A stretch of 64,000 nt of DNA from an uncultured Phycisphaerales bacterium (GTDB lineage Bacteria; Planctomycetota; Phycisphaerae; Tepidisphaerales; Tepidisphaeraceae). The notes beneath the pieces are model-generated. The model had not been told where the DNA came from. It saw only the letters and a program-made list of their open reading frames with translations, and did not search any database. Shown here in pieces: positions 53,693 to 64,000 of this stretch. Position numbers and translations under genes: made by a program. Location of the stretch: the NCBI GenBank assembly GCA_963844715.1, contig CAWJPJ010000007.1, positions 1,152,001 through 1,216,000 on the forward strand. Reading direction: 5' to 3'. The stretch's first letter is position 1. Each line of letters starts with the position of its first letter.

Positions 53693-54616
53693 ATGCGCCT
53701 GTCATCCCTTCGAAATTTCATCCGGCAAAACCCCTCGACTCTGCGCCTGGCGGCGCATCTCGATCGCGGCCGCGGCGGCATGCGCTGGCTCGATGAATAT
53801 CCCGCTCCCGCCAAACCCCACGCCATCCCCGATCTCACCGGCTGGGAAAATCGAGACCTCTCCGCCGTCTGGATCGGCCACGCCACCGTCTTGCTCCGCA
53901 TCGGCGGCAAAACCATTCTCACCGACCCGGTCTTCTCCAATCGCGTCGGCCTCGGCCTTATGCTAGGAACCCTCGGCCCGCGACGGCGAATCGCCCCCGC
54001 TCTCTCGATCAAGAATCTTCCCCCGCTCGACTTGATCCTCATTTCACACGCCCATTTCGACCATCTCGATCGCCCCTCCCTCGCCCGCCTGGACAAAAAA
54101 ACGCCGATCATCACCGCGCCCCGCACCCAGGACCTCATGCGCGATCTCGGCTTCCGAAATATCAGCGAATTGCGCTGGGGCGAAAAAACCAATTTGGATG
54201 GGCTTACCATCACCGCGCGCGAAGTCGTGCATTGGGGGTCGCGCGTTATCCTCGATCAATATCGCGGATTTAACGCATACTTGCTCGAAGCCGGCGGCCG
54301 CCGTGTCCTCTTCGGCGGCGATTCCGCTTTTCATGAATTTTACAACGACATCGGCGGCGTCGATCTGGCGATCCTCGGCATCGGCGGATACGACCCCTAC
54401 ATCCGCGCTCACGCAAGTCCCGAGCAAGCCTGGGCCATGGCCAAACACGCCGGCGCCAAGTTCCTCCTCCCAATCCACCACACCACTTTTCGCCTCAGCC
54501 ATGAGCCCAATCACGACCCCATCCAGCGCCTCCTCCAGGCCGCGGGGCCCGAAGCAAACCGCATCGTCATCCGCGAAATCGGCCAGTCCTGGACATATGG
54601 CGGCATTTCCAGTTGA
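53693..54616 (+). CDS. MBL-fold metallo-hydrolase (NAPE-PLD/RomA-like)
   Basis: WIGHAT, LTDPVFS, ISHAHFDHLD, FGGDS, PIHHTTF. Confidence 0.9.
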   Translation: MRLSSLRNFIRQNPSTLRLAAHLDRGRGGMRWLDEYPAPAKPHAIPDLTGWENRDLSAVWIGHATVLLRIGGKTILTDPVFSNRVGLGLMLGTLGPRRRIAPALSIKNLPPLDLILISHAHFDHLDRPSLARLDKKTPIITAPRTQDLMRDLGFRNISELRWGEKTNLDGLTITAREVVHWGSRVILDQYRGFNAYLLEAGGRRVLFGGDSAFHEFYNDIGGVDLAILGIGGYDPYIRAHASPEQAWAMAKHAGAKFLLPIHHTTFRLSHEPNHDPIQRLLQAAGPEANRIVIREIGQSWTYGGISS

Positions 54617-54697
54617 CCGGTGCAAAACCTTGCGGATTTTGCATTGCACCGGCGCGTTAAATTCTGGAAGGCTAAAATTGAATCGGTGAGGTGATTT

Positions 54698-55601
54698 ATG
54701 CGTACTGCAAAACTAATGCTCTTAGCGGCTTTGGCTATGGGGGCCCCCGTTGCGATGGCGGATGCGCCGCCCACCACCGTTCCGTCCGTGGTCGCTTCCG
54801 CGCAAGTCGCGCCGGCCGCGCCCTCGGTGCTCGTCCTCCCGTTCCAGCAAACCGGCGACACCAGTTCGTTCGGATGGATCGCCCCGGCGGTCCAGGAAGA
54901 TCTGCTCGGGCAAATCGCCCGCCTTGGCGCGCTACAGCCCTTGTCCGCCAATCAGCCCGTGGCCGGCGCGGACACCGCCGCCGCTCTGCAAATCGCGCGG
55001 AGTAACAACGCGAACGTAGTGATCTTCGGCGGATATCAGATCGTCGGCGACCAGCTCCGTATCGACGGCCAAGCCCTCGATGTCGCCTCGGGCCGCATCA
55101 TCGGAACCCTCCAGGCAAACGGCGCGGTCACCGATCTCTTCAAGATGGAAGATGCCCTCGCCGCGCAGGTGAGCCAGCTTCTCCCGGCTCCGCCCTCGCA
55201 GATGCCGCAGGTGACTTACGGAACTCCCGATAATTCGTCGATGGCCCCGTCCGTCGCCGCCGTCCCCGATAACAACTACTACGCCCCGCCCTCTGGCTAC
55301 AATCCGTATGACTACGGATACAACTACTATCCGACCTACACCTACGGCTACGGATATCCGTATTACTACGCGCGCCCTTCTTCATCTATTCCGGCGGCTT
55401 TTACGGCGGAGGATTCTACCATCACGACTTCCACCAGGGATTCGAGCACACCGGCCCCATGCACTTCGGCGGCTCCCCGTCGTTTCAAGGCGGTTTCGGT
55501 GCAAGTCATCCATCGTTCAGCACCTCCCCCGCGTTCCGCGGTGGCGGCTTCGGCATGCCCATCCGTCTTTTAGCGGCAGCGCCGGCGGTCATGGCCGATA
55601 A
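54698..55601 (+). CDS. Secreted TolB-N/CsgG-like protein with a Tyr/Gly-rich tail (frameshifted tail)
   Basis: Signal peptide; VLVLPF, VIFGGYQIVGDQLRI, DLFKMEDALA. Confidence 0.65.
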
Positions 55602-55610
55602 GCCCGTCCT

Positions 55611-58553
55611 CTAACTCGCGGCCTCGCCCGGCACAAAGCCGCGACGCATCGTATTCTCCGTGATGCACCGCGGCATGAGGAAATGGCGCAGATAATCCGG
55701 CCCGCCCGCCTGCGTCCCCGTCCCCGACAGCTTGAACCCGCCGAACGGCTGCCTCCCCACGATCGCCCCCGTAATCTTCCGATTGATATAAAGATTTCCC
55801 ACGCGAAACTCCCGCCGGCTCCGCGCAATGTTCCCCGGGCTCCGCGAATAAACGCCGCCCGTCAGCGCATACGACGTACCGTTGGCGATGCCCATTGCCT
55901 CGGACCAATCGCGAGCTTTCATCACCGAAAGTACCGGCCCGAAAATCTCCTCCCTCGCCAAAAAACTCTCGCTCGAAACATCCGCAAAAATATGAGGGCC
56001 CGCAAAATACCCTTCTCGCATTAGCTCCGAATCCTGAGAGTAAACCAACCGCGCCTCGCCCTTGCCGCGCTCAATGGCCGCGTGAATCCTCTTGAACGCT
56101 TCTTCGTCGATGACCGGACCCACGCCGCACGATGGGTCTTCCGCCGGAGCGATCTTCAAGCTTCGCGTGGCTTCAACCAGTCGATTCAAAAATGAATCAT
56201 AAATCCCCTCCAGCACCACAACCCGCGAGCACGCCGAGCACTTTTGCCCCGCATACCCAAACGCGCTGGCGGCCACCCCCGCGACCGCCTCGTCCAGGTC
56301 GGCCGTCTCATCCACGACAATCGCGTTCTTGCCCCCCATTTCCGCGATGATCCGTTTCACGTGGTCCTGCCCGCCCGGCGTTTGCGAGGCCAGCGAATTG
56401 ATTCCCAATCCCACCGCCTTCGATCCCGTAAACGCGATCATCGCCACCTTCGCCTCGCCCACCAGCGCCGGCCCGATCTCTTCCCCGATCCCAAAAAGGC
56501 AATTCGCCACTCCCGCCGGCGTCCCCGCTTCGACAAACGCCGCCGCCAATTTCGCCCCGATCACGCTCGATTGTTCCGCCGGCTTCATGATCGCCGTATT
56601 CCCCGTCACCACCGCTGCCGCAGTCATCCCGCACAAAATCGCCAGCGGGAAATTCCACGGCGCGATAATGACCGCCACGCCGCGCGGCTCGTATCCCCAC
56701 TCGTTCTGCTCCCCAGGCAAATCCCTTCCCTGCCGTCGCGAAAGCTCGCGCATCTGCCACGCATAATAATGACAGTAGTCGATCGCCTCCGCGACGTCCG
56801 CATCCGCCTCGCGCCACGGCTTTCCGCATTCCAGCACCTCCACCGCCGCCAGCGCAAACCGATCCCGCGCAAGAATCCCGCCCACTCGATCCAGCAACCC
56901 CGCCCGCTCCTCGGCCGCCACATCTCTCCATGTCGAAAACGCCCGATCCGCGGCCCCAATCGCCCGCCGCACATGATCCACCGTCCCGCGCGCGCAGCTG
57001 CCGACGATCTGCGACTTGTGCGAAGGATTGTTCGATTCCAGCCACCCATTGCCCGTTTCCCATTTTCCGTCGATCAACATCGGATACTGCGCGCCGATCG
57101 CCCCCTGTGCCGACGAAATCGCCTCGGCCATCCTTTGCCGCGAGGATTCCAATGAGAAATCCGTCGGAGATTGGTTTTCAAACCCAGCCGGCCGCGCTTC
57201 GTCGCGCGGCGGACGCTTTTGAAGTAATGGATTCATCAGCAACTGCTCCTCGGGCAAGCGTTCAACAAAGCCCGCCCGCAAGAAAGATTCGTTCGAGGTA
57301 TTTTCCAAAAGCCGCCGGATCAAATACGCCATCCCCGGCAGAAGTTTCCCAACCGGCATATAAACCCGCACCCGCCGCCCCATCCCCGAAACAGCCGCCT
57401 TTTCAGCGTCCGCCATCCCATACAACATTTGAAATTCGACATCGCGCGGGTCCACTCCCCGTCTCTGGGCCGCCGCCATCGCCGCTGCAATGCTCCGAAT
57501 ATTGTGGCTCGCAATTGCCGGCCGAAGCCACCGGTTTTTTTCCATCAGGAAATCCGCGCATGCTTCAAAATTCGCATCCGATTCCCATTTATCCAAAAAT
57601 ACCGGCGACTCCCATCCATTCTGCGCCGAAATGATCGTTTCGTAATCCCAATAAGCCCCTTTCACCAGCCGCACCCAAACCGCCGTCCCGCGCCCCTCCG
57701 CCCAGGTCGCCAGCGATGCCAGATCGTCCAGCGTCCGCTTCAGATAAGCTTGAATCGCGATCCCGATGTCTCCCCAATCCCGGAATTCTTCCTCGCACAA
57801 TACCGCTTCGAAAATCTCCAGCGTCGTATCCTTAAACGCGCGCTGTTCCATATCAAGATTCACAAACGCCCCCGCTTGCCGTGCCAGCCGCAAAATCGGC
57901 CGAAGGCGCGCGAGCACCGCGTCGCGCGTGCCCCCCGGGTCGATCGGATCAAATTGGCTGTAAAGCGAGGAGAGTTTGATCGAAACGTTGACCCGCGGAA
58001 TAACCCCCCGCGAATCTCGATCCAGCACCGAATCGTCCGCCAGCCGATTGATTCGCCCCGGCAGCTCCATCAATAGCTCAAGATATTGCCGCTGATAAGC
58101 CTCCGCCTCGGCCTCCGAGATCACGGCTTCCCCCAGCAGGTCAATCGAAAATGCCAATCGCTTCTGCCGCAGACTCTCAACTGCCCTGGCCGCTTCCTCA
58201 ACGCTCGACGCCGCGACGAACCGGCCCGCCATGCGCCGCACCTGCGATTTTGCGACCGCCGCCACCGGCGTCGCCATCCGCCCGCGCGTCGGCATTCGCT
58301 TAGCCGTCCACCGGGCCACCCGAGGCAACTTCCCGGCTTCCAGAAGGTATTCCCGCAGCAGTGACGCGATCTGCTCGTCCGTCCGAAGCACCGGAAGCAC
58401 GTCCACGAAGCGGAACAACTGCGCCTTCAGCGACTCATCCCGCATGACCAGTTTCATCATGAACTGATCGAAATGCCCGTCGTGCCCGGCAGACTGCTTC
58501 GCCCGCGCAAAAATCTCCCGGCCCAGATCGCGGATGTGATCTTCCAACTGCAC
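55611..58553 (-). CDS. putA: Bifunctional proline dehydrogenase / P5C dehydrogenase
   Basis: FRFVDVLP, DLLGE, VRLVKGAYWD, QMLYGM, RRLLEN; PWNFP, EMGGKN, GQKCSACS, EEIFGPV. Confidence 0.93.
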   Translation of the reverse strand: MQLEDHIRDLGREIFARAKQSAGHDGHFDQFMMKLVMRDESLKAQLFRFVDVLPVLRTDEQIASLLREYLLEAGKLPRVARWTAKRMPTRGRMATPVAAVAKSQVRRMAGRFVAASSVEEAARAVESLRQKRLAFSIDLLGEAVISEAEAEAYQRQYLELLMELPGRINRLADDSVLDRDSRGVIPRVNVSIKLSSLYSQFDPIDPGGTRDAVLARLRPILRLARQAGAFVNLDMEQRAFKDTTLEIFEAVLCEEEFRDWGDIGIAIQAYLKRTLDDLASLATWAEGRGTAVWVRLVKGAYWDYETIISAQNGWESPVFLDKWESDANFEACADFLMEKNRWLRPAIASHNIRSIAAAMAAAQRRGVDPRDVEFQMLYGMADAEKAAVSGMGRRVRVYMPVGKLLPGMAYLIRRLLENTSNESFLRAGFVERLPEEQLLMNPLLQKRPPRDEARPAGFENQSPTDFSLESSRQRMAEAISSAQGAIGAQYPMLIDGKWETGNGWLESNNPSHKSQIVGSCARGTVDHVRRAIGAADRAFSTWRDVAAEERAGLLDRVGGILARDRFALAAVEVLECGKPWREADADVAEAIDYCHYYAWQMRELSRRQGRDLPGEQNEWGYEPRGVAVIIAPWNFPLAILCGMTAAAVVTGNTAIMKPAEQSSVIGAKLAAAFVEAGTPAGVANCLFGIGEEIGPALVGEAKVAMIAFTGSKAVGLGINSLASQTPGGQDHVKRIIAEMGGKNAIVVDETADLDEAVAGVAASAFGYAGQKCSACSRVVVLEGIYDSFLNRLVEATRSLKIAPAEDPSCGVGPVIDEEAFKRIHAAIERGKGEARLVYSQDSELMREGYFAGPHIFADVSSESFLAREEIFGPVLSVMKARDWSEAMGIANGTSYALTGGVYSRSPGNIARSRREFRVGNLYINRKITGAIVGRQPFGGFKLSGTGTQAGGPDYLRHFLMPRCITENTMRRGFVPGEAAS

Positions 58554-58587
58554 GCTGCATTATTGGCTGGATTGTCCCAATAGGGAA

Positions 58588-59426
58588 CTAGGGCCTGTCT
58601 GATGAATCCAAAATCCTGAAATAGCGACGGATCATGGCGAGCTTGGCCATGGCCTGAAAGTTCACCGCCAGTTTCTCGTAACGCGTGCCCAGGCGGCGAT
58701 TCTCCTTCATCCAATTCACGCAACGCTCCACCACGTTCCGTCGGCGATACGCCTTGCGATCAAAGTTCTCCTGCGGCGGCTGATTCGATTTCGCCGGGAT
58801 CACCGCTTGGATTCGGTGGCGACGCAGCCATCGCCGCACATTTCCGTAACTGTATCCCTTGTCGCCCGCCAGCCTCCTGGGGCGACGACGGCGGCGACCG
58901 ATGCGCATCGCGTTCATCACCGGCTCCACGTACCGGCTCTCGTGGCATTGGCCGGCGCTGGCCTCGACGGCGAGCGGAACTCCCTGGCCGTCAGTAACCA
59001 GGTGGAGCTTGCTGCCCCACCCGCCTCGGCTGCGGCCCAACGCGTGATCCGCCGGTTCTTCCGGGGCGGTTTTGATTTTCTGGCTCCGGCGGCGGATCGA
59101 CTGGCTCGCACATTGGTGCCGTCGATGCACCACAGGTCCCAGTCGATTCGTCCTTGCTTGTCCAACCTCATCTGCAGCCGCTGGAGGATTCGATCAATCG
59201 TTCCGTCCTTTCTCCAGCGGTTGAAGCGGTCGTAGACGCTTTGCCATCTGCCGTAACGTTCGGGCATCTCGCGCCATTGAGCGCCCGAGTGCAGAATCCA
59301 GAACATGCCGTTGAGCGTGGTGCGGTGGTCGTTCCACTGCCCGCCGCGCTTGCCGTTGCCGGGCAGCAGATCGCCGATCAACTCGTACTGCTCATCCGTG
59401 AGCTCATAACGTCGCATCCGTGACAC
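58588..59426 (-). CDS. IS5 transposase split into two frames
   Basis: ELTDEQY..WILHSGAQWREMPERYG..IDGT; GRSRGG.GSKLH, LAGDKGY, YRRRNVVER, TRYEK. Confidence 0.93.
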
Positions 59427-59477
59427 CTCGTCTGAAAACCGCTATTTATAACCAAAAGCGATTCATCAGACAGGCCC
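58591..59477 (-). mobile_element. IS5-family insertion sequence (IS427-like), 887 bp
   Basis: Perfect 18-bp terminal inverted repeats GGGCCTGTCTGATGAATC (58591-58608 / 59460-59477), flanked by a TA duplication within CTAG. Confidence 0.95.
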
Positions 59478-61597
59478 TAGTTGGCTCGCGCCTGTGCCGC
59501 GTGAGCCAGCGCGAGCGGCTGCGCCGGCGGCTCCAGGTAGAGCGATCCCCACGTGCCTGGCCGAAGCTGCGTCTGCACCAGTTTCGGCGCCGACCAGAAG
59601 AAATCCGCCGCCGAATCGAAGTCCCGCACGTACAAATTGAACGCCAGGCTCGGCTGATGAACCGGATCGAAGCCGTGCAACGCAGCCCCCGGAATGAACA
59701 TCTCGGCGATGTACCGATCCGGCAAAATCTTCATCGTCCGCTTGATCAGCGGCTGGGGAATCAGGTTGTCCTTCAGCGCGTCCCCGTCCCGGTGCCACTG
59801 CCCGACCACCCCGACGCTCCCGTCCCCCTCCTTGCTGCCCGGATCGATGAAAAACTGGTGGCAATACACGTCGTAGCTATCCTGATCCGACGTGACCGAA
59901 TGCGTGCTGATCCAGAATTCCACGTGATCGCGCGTCCACCACCACCCATTCGCCGCGGCAAACTGCTGGTGATTGTCGAACACTTCGATCGCCAGACACA
60001 GCCCCTGGTTGTTCCACCCCATGTACACATTCGGCGTCTCGACCGGGTAACGGCTCATGCCCACGGTCTGCTCACGCCGCATCCCCGAAAGCTTGCACGT
60101 CGCCGGCCAGTCGCTCAGAACTCCATCCAGCGCCGGCACCTGCACCAGATACGGAACCTTCTCCTCCGGCTTGGCGGCATAACTGTCGCGCCAGACGTCC
60201 TGCTCCGAATCCACCGTGCTGCGCGCGTGCAACCCATTCAGCATTGGGGCCGTCTGCTTGATCGCCTCCCTAAGCTGCTGGTACGGCCTATCGTGTACGT
60301 CCACCACGCCAAAATTCACGTCCTCGCCGTCTCCGCTCCGCCCGCCCGGCGGCTCATCACACCACTGGAACCAGTCCGCCCCGATGATGTACGGAACCCG
60401 TGCCAGCCTCGTCGTCATCAGCCGGTATCCTTCCGCCCGCGCCTTCTGATCCGGAACATGTGCCTCGAACCCCACCGTGTCCATGTCCCCGCTGCTTCCG
60501 TCCATTGAATGGAACGAATACTCGCTGATCACGATCGGCTGCCCCGACTGCTCGTACATCATGTGGAACATCTCCGCGTCCAGCTTGGCGTCGGAGACGT
60601 AATAATTCAAAGATTGCGCATCCGTGTAATCGCGCGACGCCGCCACCACTTCCTGCGGCGCGTACCCCTTGAAACGCACCCCCAAAATCAGATGGTTCGG
60701 GTCATATTTGCGGATCAGGCGCGTTGTCAGGCGGAAATAATCCGATGCCAGATGGGAAGTCCAAGCCGAACTTAGCCTCGCAAACGGCCCCGCCGGCTCG
60801 CGCGGAAGCACCGACCAGCCGTCGATATCCTTCCAACTCGTCAGTTTCGTGCCCCAGGAATGGTCGAACTCCTGCGTCGTTGGCCACAGCGAATGGATCA
60901 TCTTCACGACTTCCATCCGGTTCGGGTCGTCCACCGGCAGATTGTCAAAATACGCCCCAGGTCCCGCGAATCCGTCCCCCCAGTCCAGTTCGTTGTCGAT
61001 GAAGTATCCCAGCAGGTTCTTATTATCGCGCAGCGGAACAACTTGCGTTTTCACCGCATGCTCAGCTAGGGCCGCCCAGTCAGACGAATAGAGCCGCCGC
61101 GACGCGTCGTCGATCCAGGTCCATAGATTCAGGTCCTGGCTCATCGGCACATCGAGGTGATGAAACGCCGGATTGCACCAGGCGCCCAATCCCTTGAACC
61201 CCGTGTTCAAAACCCGCGCAAGCGTCGCCTCGGCCCACTGATCGAGTTCCGCCCGGCTTCCCTCGCCGTCAGAATTCCCATGCCAGTCGCGGGATACGAA
61301 ATGCGGGGCCTCCCGGTCGCGGGAAAGCTGCAACGGCTGCACGGTTGTCACGGTATTCAAAAATTCCAGACGGTCGTCCGGAGACAAAAACCACCACACC
61401 CCCGACCGATCCTGTGCCAGTCTCCAATACCCTGGAACTCCTCGAATTACCGCCAGATTCTCAGCCGTGGCGGGCATCGTGGTCGGTGCCCAGGATCGGG
61501 CCGATGATGGAGATGCATCCCGCGCATGCGTGAACAGCGGCAGACCGATCCACGCGATCGCCACCACGAGCAACAGGATGATGACACTCTTCCTCAT
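59477..61597 (-). CDS. Exported glycoside hydrolase (GH50/agarase-like barrel) with a CBM9-like C-terminal domain
   Basis: GVWWFLSPD, LGYFIDNELDW, DPNHLILGVRF, PIVISEY, GADWFQWCD, NFGVVD; ALDGVLSDW, VYMGWN, AEMFIP. Confidence 0.75.
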   Translation of the reverse strand: MRKSVIILLLVVAIAWIGLPLFTHARDASPSSARSWAPTTMPATAENLAVIRGVPGYWRLAQDRSGVWWFLSPDDRLEFLNTVTTVQPLQLSRDREAPHFVSRDWHGNSDGEGSRAELDQWAEATLARVLNTGFKGLGAWCNPAFHHLDVPMSQDLNLWTWIDDASRRLYSSDWAALAEHAVKTQVVPLRDNKNLLGYFIDNELDWGDGFAGPGAYFDNLPVDDPNRMEVVKMIHSLWPTTQEFDHSWGTKLTSWKDIDGWSVLPREPAGPFARLSSAWTSHLASDYFRLTTRLIRKYDPNHLILGVRFKGYAPQEVVAASRDYTDAQSLNYYVSDAKLDAEMFHMMYEQSGQPIVISEYSFHSMDGSSGDMDTVGFEAHVPDQKARAEGYRLMTTRLARVPYIIGADWFQWCDEPPGGRSGDGEDVNFGVVDVHDRPYQQLREAIKQTAPMLNGLHARSTVDSEQDVWRDSYAAKPEEKVPYLVQVPALDGVLSDWPATCKLSGMRREQTVGMSRYPVETPNVYMGWNNQGLCLAIEVFDNHQQFAAANGWWWTRDHVEFWISTHSVTSDQDSYDVYCHQFFIDPGSKEGDGSVGVVGQWHRDGDALKDNLIPQPLIKRTMKILPDRYIAEMFIPGAALHGFDPVHQPSLAFNLYVRDFDSAADFFWSAPKLVQTQLRPGTWGSLYLEPPAQPLALAHAAQARAN

Positions 61598-61894
61598 GGC
61601 ACTTCCGGCTAAAAAGACGGATACAAGCCGCTGGCCAGTATCGAGTTAGTCACATCCAACAGTGTGCCGCCCAATGCCTTTCACCACCTTGCTTAAAGCA
61701 GGCGGCGCCCGTTGAGGTGCTACATGGATGCGTACCTGTTTTATCGGTCTGCACCCAAAAGATAATTAGCCAAAATATGGCCCGCGTCAAATAGCCTAAG
61801 TTATTATTTTAAATAAGTTTGTGACGGTTTTCACGGTCCCTGTCAGGGAAGTTTTTTCCACCTTTTTATCGGAGCCGAGAGAGGCAAGCGCGGG

Positions 61895-61943
61895 GGTCCC
61901 GTCCGAAAACTACGCTTGACGGGACCATGAGGTTCATTACATT
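61895..61943 (+). promoter_or_regulatory. Putative sigma70 promoter for fusA, overlapped by a 9-bp inverted repeat
   Basis: TTGACG (61916)-N16-TACATT (61938); GGTCCCGTC...GACGGGACC. Confidence 0.5.
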
Positions 61944-62296
61944 ACCGCACTCCATCGACTGCGATCTTGCGCACCAAACATTCTTGTGCGTAAATCCGTA
62001 CTGTCGATAAAGAGGCGGGTTTGATCCCGCTTCGCGTTCCGGCCAGGAGCGATCATGAAGCTGCAACCGGAGTGATGGTGGATGCTGACCGAAGCCCGGC
62101 ACGGTCGGCATCGGCGGATCGTGCAGGGGTGCGGCAGACGCCTCACCATGGAGCGGTCGGTGGATTCCCTCCACCGTAGCCTCGCCTCCCCGCAAGACCC
62201 GTCCACACACCCTACAGCGGCGCTCGCCAGGGGACTGGCGATCGCCCGAAACCGGCCTGGGTTTTGTCCCAATTCTAGATTTTCGAAGGGTTTGTT

Positions 62297-64000
62297 ATGT
62301 CTCGCGACCTGACCAAGATTCGCAACATCGGTATCGCCGCACACATCGACGCCGGAAAGACAACCGTCTCCGAACGCATCCTCTATTACACCGGCAAGAT
62401 CCACAAGATGGGCGAGGTTCACGAAGGCACCGCCGTCATGGACTTCGACGAAGAGGAGCAGAAGCGCGGCATCACCATCAACTCCGCCGCCACCACCTGT
62501 CCATGGGACCGCAACGGCGAACGCTACACCATCAACCTGATCGACACGCCCGGCCACGTCGATTTCACCGCCGAAGTCGAACGCTCCCTCCGCGTCCTCG
62601 ACGGCGCCGTCGCCGTCTTCGACGGCAAGGAAGGCGTCGAAGCCCAATCCGAAACCGTCTGGCGGCAGGCCACCAAATACAACGTCCCGCGCGTCTGCTT
62701 CATCAACAAGATGGACAAGCTCGGCGCCGATTTTGAATTCAGCTTCAATTCCATCCGCGAGCGCCTCGGCGCCCCGGCCGTCGCCGTGCAGATCCCCATC
62801 GGCCAAAGCAGCACCTTCAAGGGAATGATCGATCTCCTCACCGGCGTCGCCATCTACTACAACGTCGGAGACGACAAGGACCGCGGGCATGACCATCATC
62901 GAAAAGCCCATTCCGCCGGAGGAAAAAGAACGTTTCGATAAGTGGCGACACGACCTCATCGAAAAAGTCGCCGAAACCGACGACCATCTGATGGAGAAAT
63001 ATCTCAGCAGTCAAGAGCCCACCGATCGACGAGCTCCGCAAGGGCCTCCGGGCCGCGACCATCGCTTTCAAGCTCCACCCCGTCTTCTGCGGCTCGGCCC
63101 TGAAATACGTCGGCGTTCAGCGATTGCTCGACGGCGTCATCGACTATCTCCCCTCGCCCGCTCGACATGCCCGCCATCAAGGGGCACGACGTCAAGGACC
63201 CCGAGAAGATCATCGAGCGCCATCCCAATCCAGACGAGCCGTTCTGCGGCCTGGCCTTCAAAATCGTCAACGATCAGCACGGCGATCTCACCTACGTGCG
63301 CGTCTATAGCGGAAAGCTCGAAAAGGGCAGCCGCGTCCTCAATAGCAACCGCGGCAAGAAGCGAAAACATCAGCCGAATGTTCCAGATGCACGCCGCCGA
63401 CCGGAATCCCATCGACGTCGCCGAGGCCGGCGACATCGTCGCCTGCATCGGCGTCAAGTGAAGCCCTCACCGGCGATACCCTCTGCGATCCGGATAATCC
63501 CGATCATCCTCGAGCGCCCGACCTTCCCCGAGCCGGTCATCAGCATGTCGATCGAGCCCAAGACCACGGCCGACAAGCAAAAACTCGGCGAAGCGCTCAC
63601 AACCCTCAAACGCGAAGACCCCACTTTCCAGGCCAACTACGACGATGAAACCGGCCAGACCATCATCGCCGGCATGGGCGAGCTTCACCTGGAAATTCTC
63701 CGCAATCGCCTCACCCGCGATCACCACGTCGAGGTCATCGTCGGCCGGCCCAAGGTCGCCTACAAGGAAACCATCACCGGACGCGCCGATCACGTCCGCG
63801 GAAAGCACGTCAAGCAATCCGGCGGCCGCGGCCAGTACGGCGACTGCTCCGTCAACATCGAGCCGTTCAACGGCGCCGGCGTAGACCCCGAACTGCTCAA
63901 AAAGTGGAACTGGAAAGACGGCGTCGCCTTCGAAAACAAAATCTTCGGCGGTTCCGTTCCCAAGGAATACATCCCGTCCATCGAATACGGCGTCCGCATG
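62297..64000 (+). CDS. fusA: Elongation factor G (3'-truncated by the window edge; frameshifted)
   Basis: [66 protein letters not shown]. Confidence 0.96.

Noticed and set aside
52655..54616. 653-aa EEP-MBL fusion ORF
   Set aside because: The conserved EEP end (SDHFPV, stop 53679) lies in another frame and the MBL gene has its own ATG at 53693, so the fusion is an indel artefact.
59060..59090. Programmed -1 frameshift in the IS5 transposase
   Set aside because: Split ORFs are common in this IS group, but AGAAAATCAAAAC is not a clear slippery heptamer and the background indel rate is high, so it cannot be decided here.
20570..61875. Sigma28 promoters from scattered CCGATAA motifs
   Set aside because: No correctly spaced TAAA -35 elements, and orientation is inconsistent with the adjacent genes.
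61600..62296. tmRNA, RNase P RNA, SRP RNA, tRNA or a known riboswitch
   Set aside because: I found none of their signature sequences, and no tRNA or rRNA elsewhere in the window.
1..64000. Mass pseudogenisation or programmed frameshifting (mutS, mutL, trpB, ilvD, fusA and others), including a mutator phenotype
   Set aside because: Single-base indels hit many unrelated conserved genes, often in homopolymers, while motifs stay intact. Sequencing error is more likely; read polishing would settle it.

Overview
High-GC bacterial chromosomal window. The gene content and protein style suggest Planctomycetota, possibly Phycisphaerae (inference). Many conserved genes carry single-base indels, often in homopolymers (mnmE, mutS, mutL, ilvD, trpB, fusA and others). 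This pattern fits long-read assembly error better than real pseudogenisation, so I merged the split ORFs. Housekeeping genes are mnmE, mutS, mutL, ilvD, trpBA, moaDE, nth, queE, a pilM cluster, mtaB, dtd, comM, putA and a stand-alone fusA. Five things stand out. (1) A compact WXG100/ESX-like operon (13.6-19.2 kb) has three helical WXG-like genes, one with an Imm33-like C-terminal domain, and one EccC/EssC-like membrane ATPase, but no other type VII components. (2) The last 18 codons of mutS occur three times, with mostly synonymous differences, at the edge of a toxin-antitoxin (TA)/nuclease-rich accessory patch between convergent mutS and mutL. (3) Strong C/G strand skew flips twice, once inside mutL. 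(4) An IS5-family element sits exactly in a stop codon. (5) A ~350-nt structured leader with upstream ORFs (uORFs) precedes fusA. All family calls come from motif recognition, not database searches.
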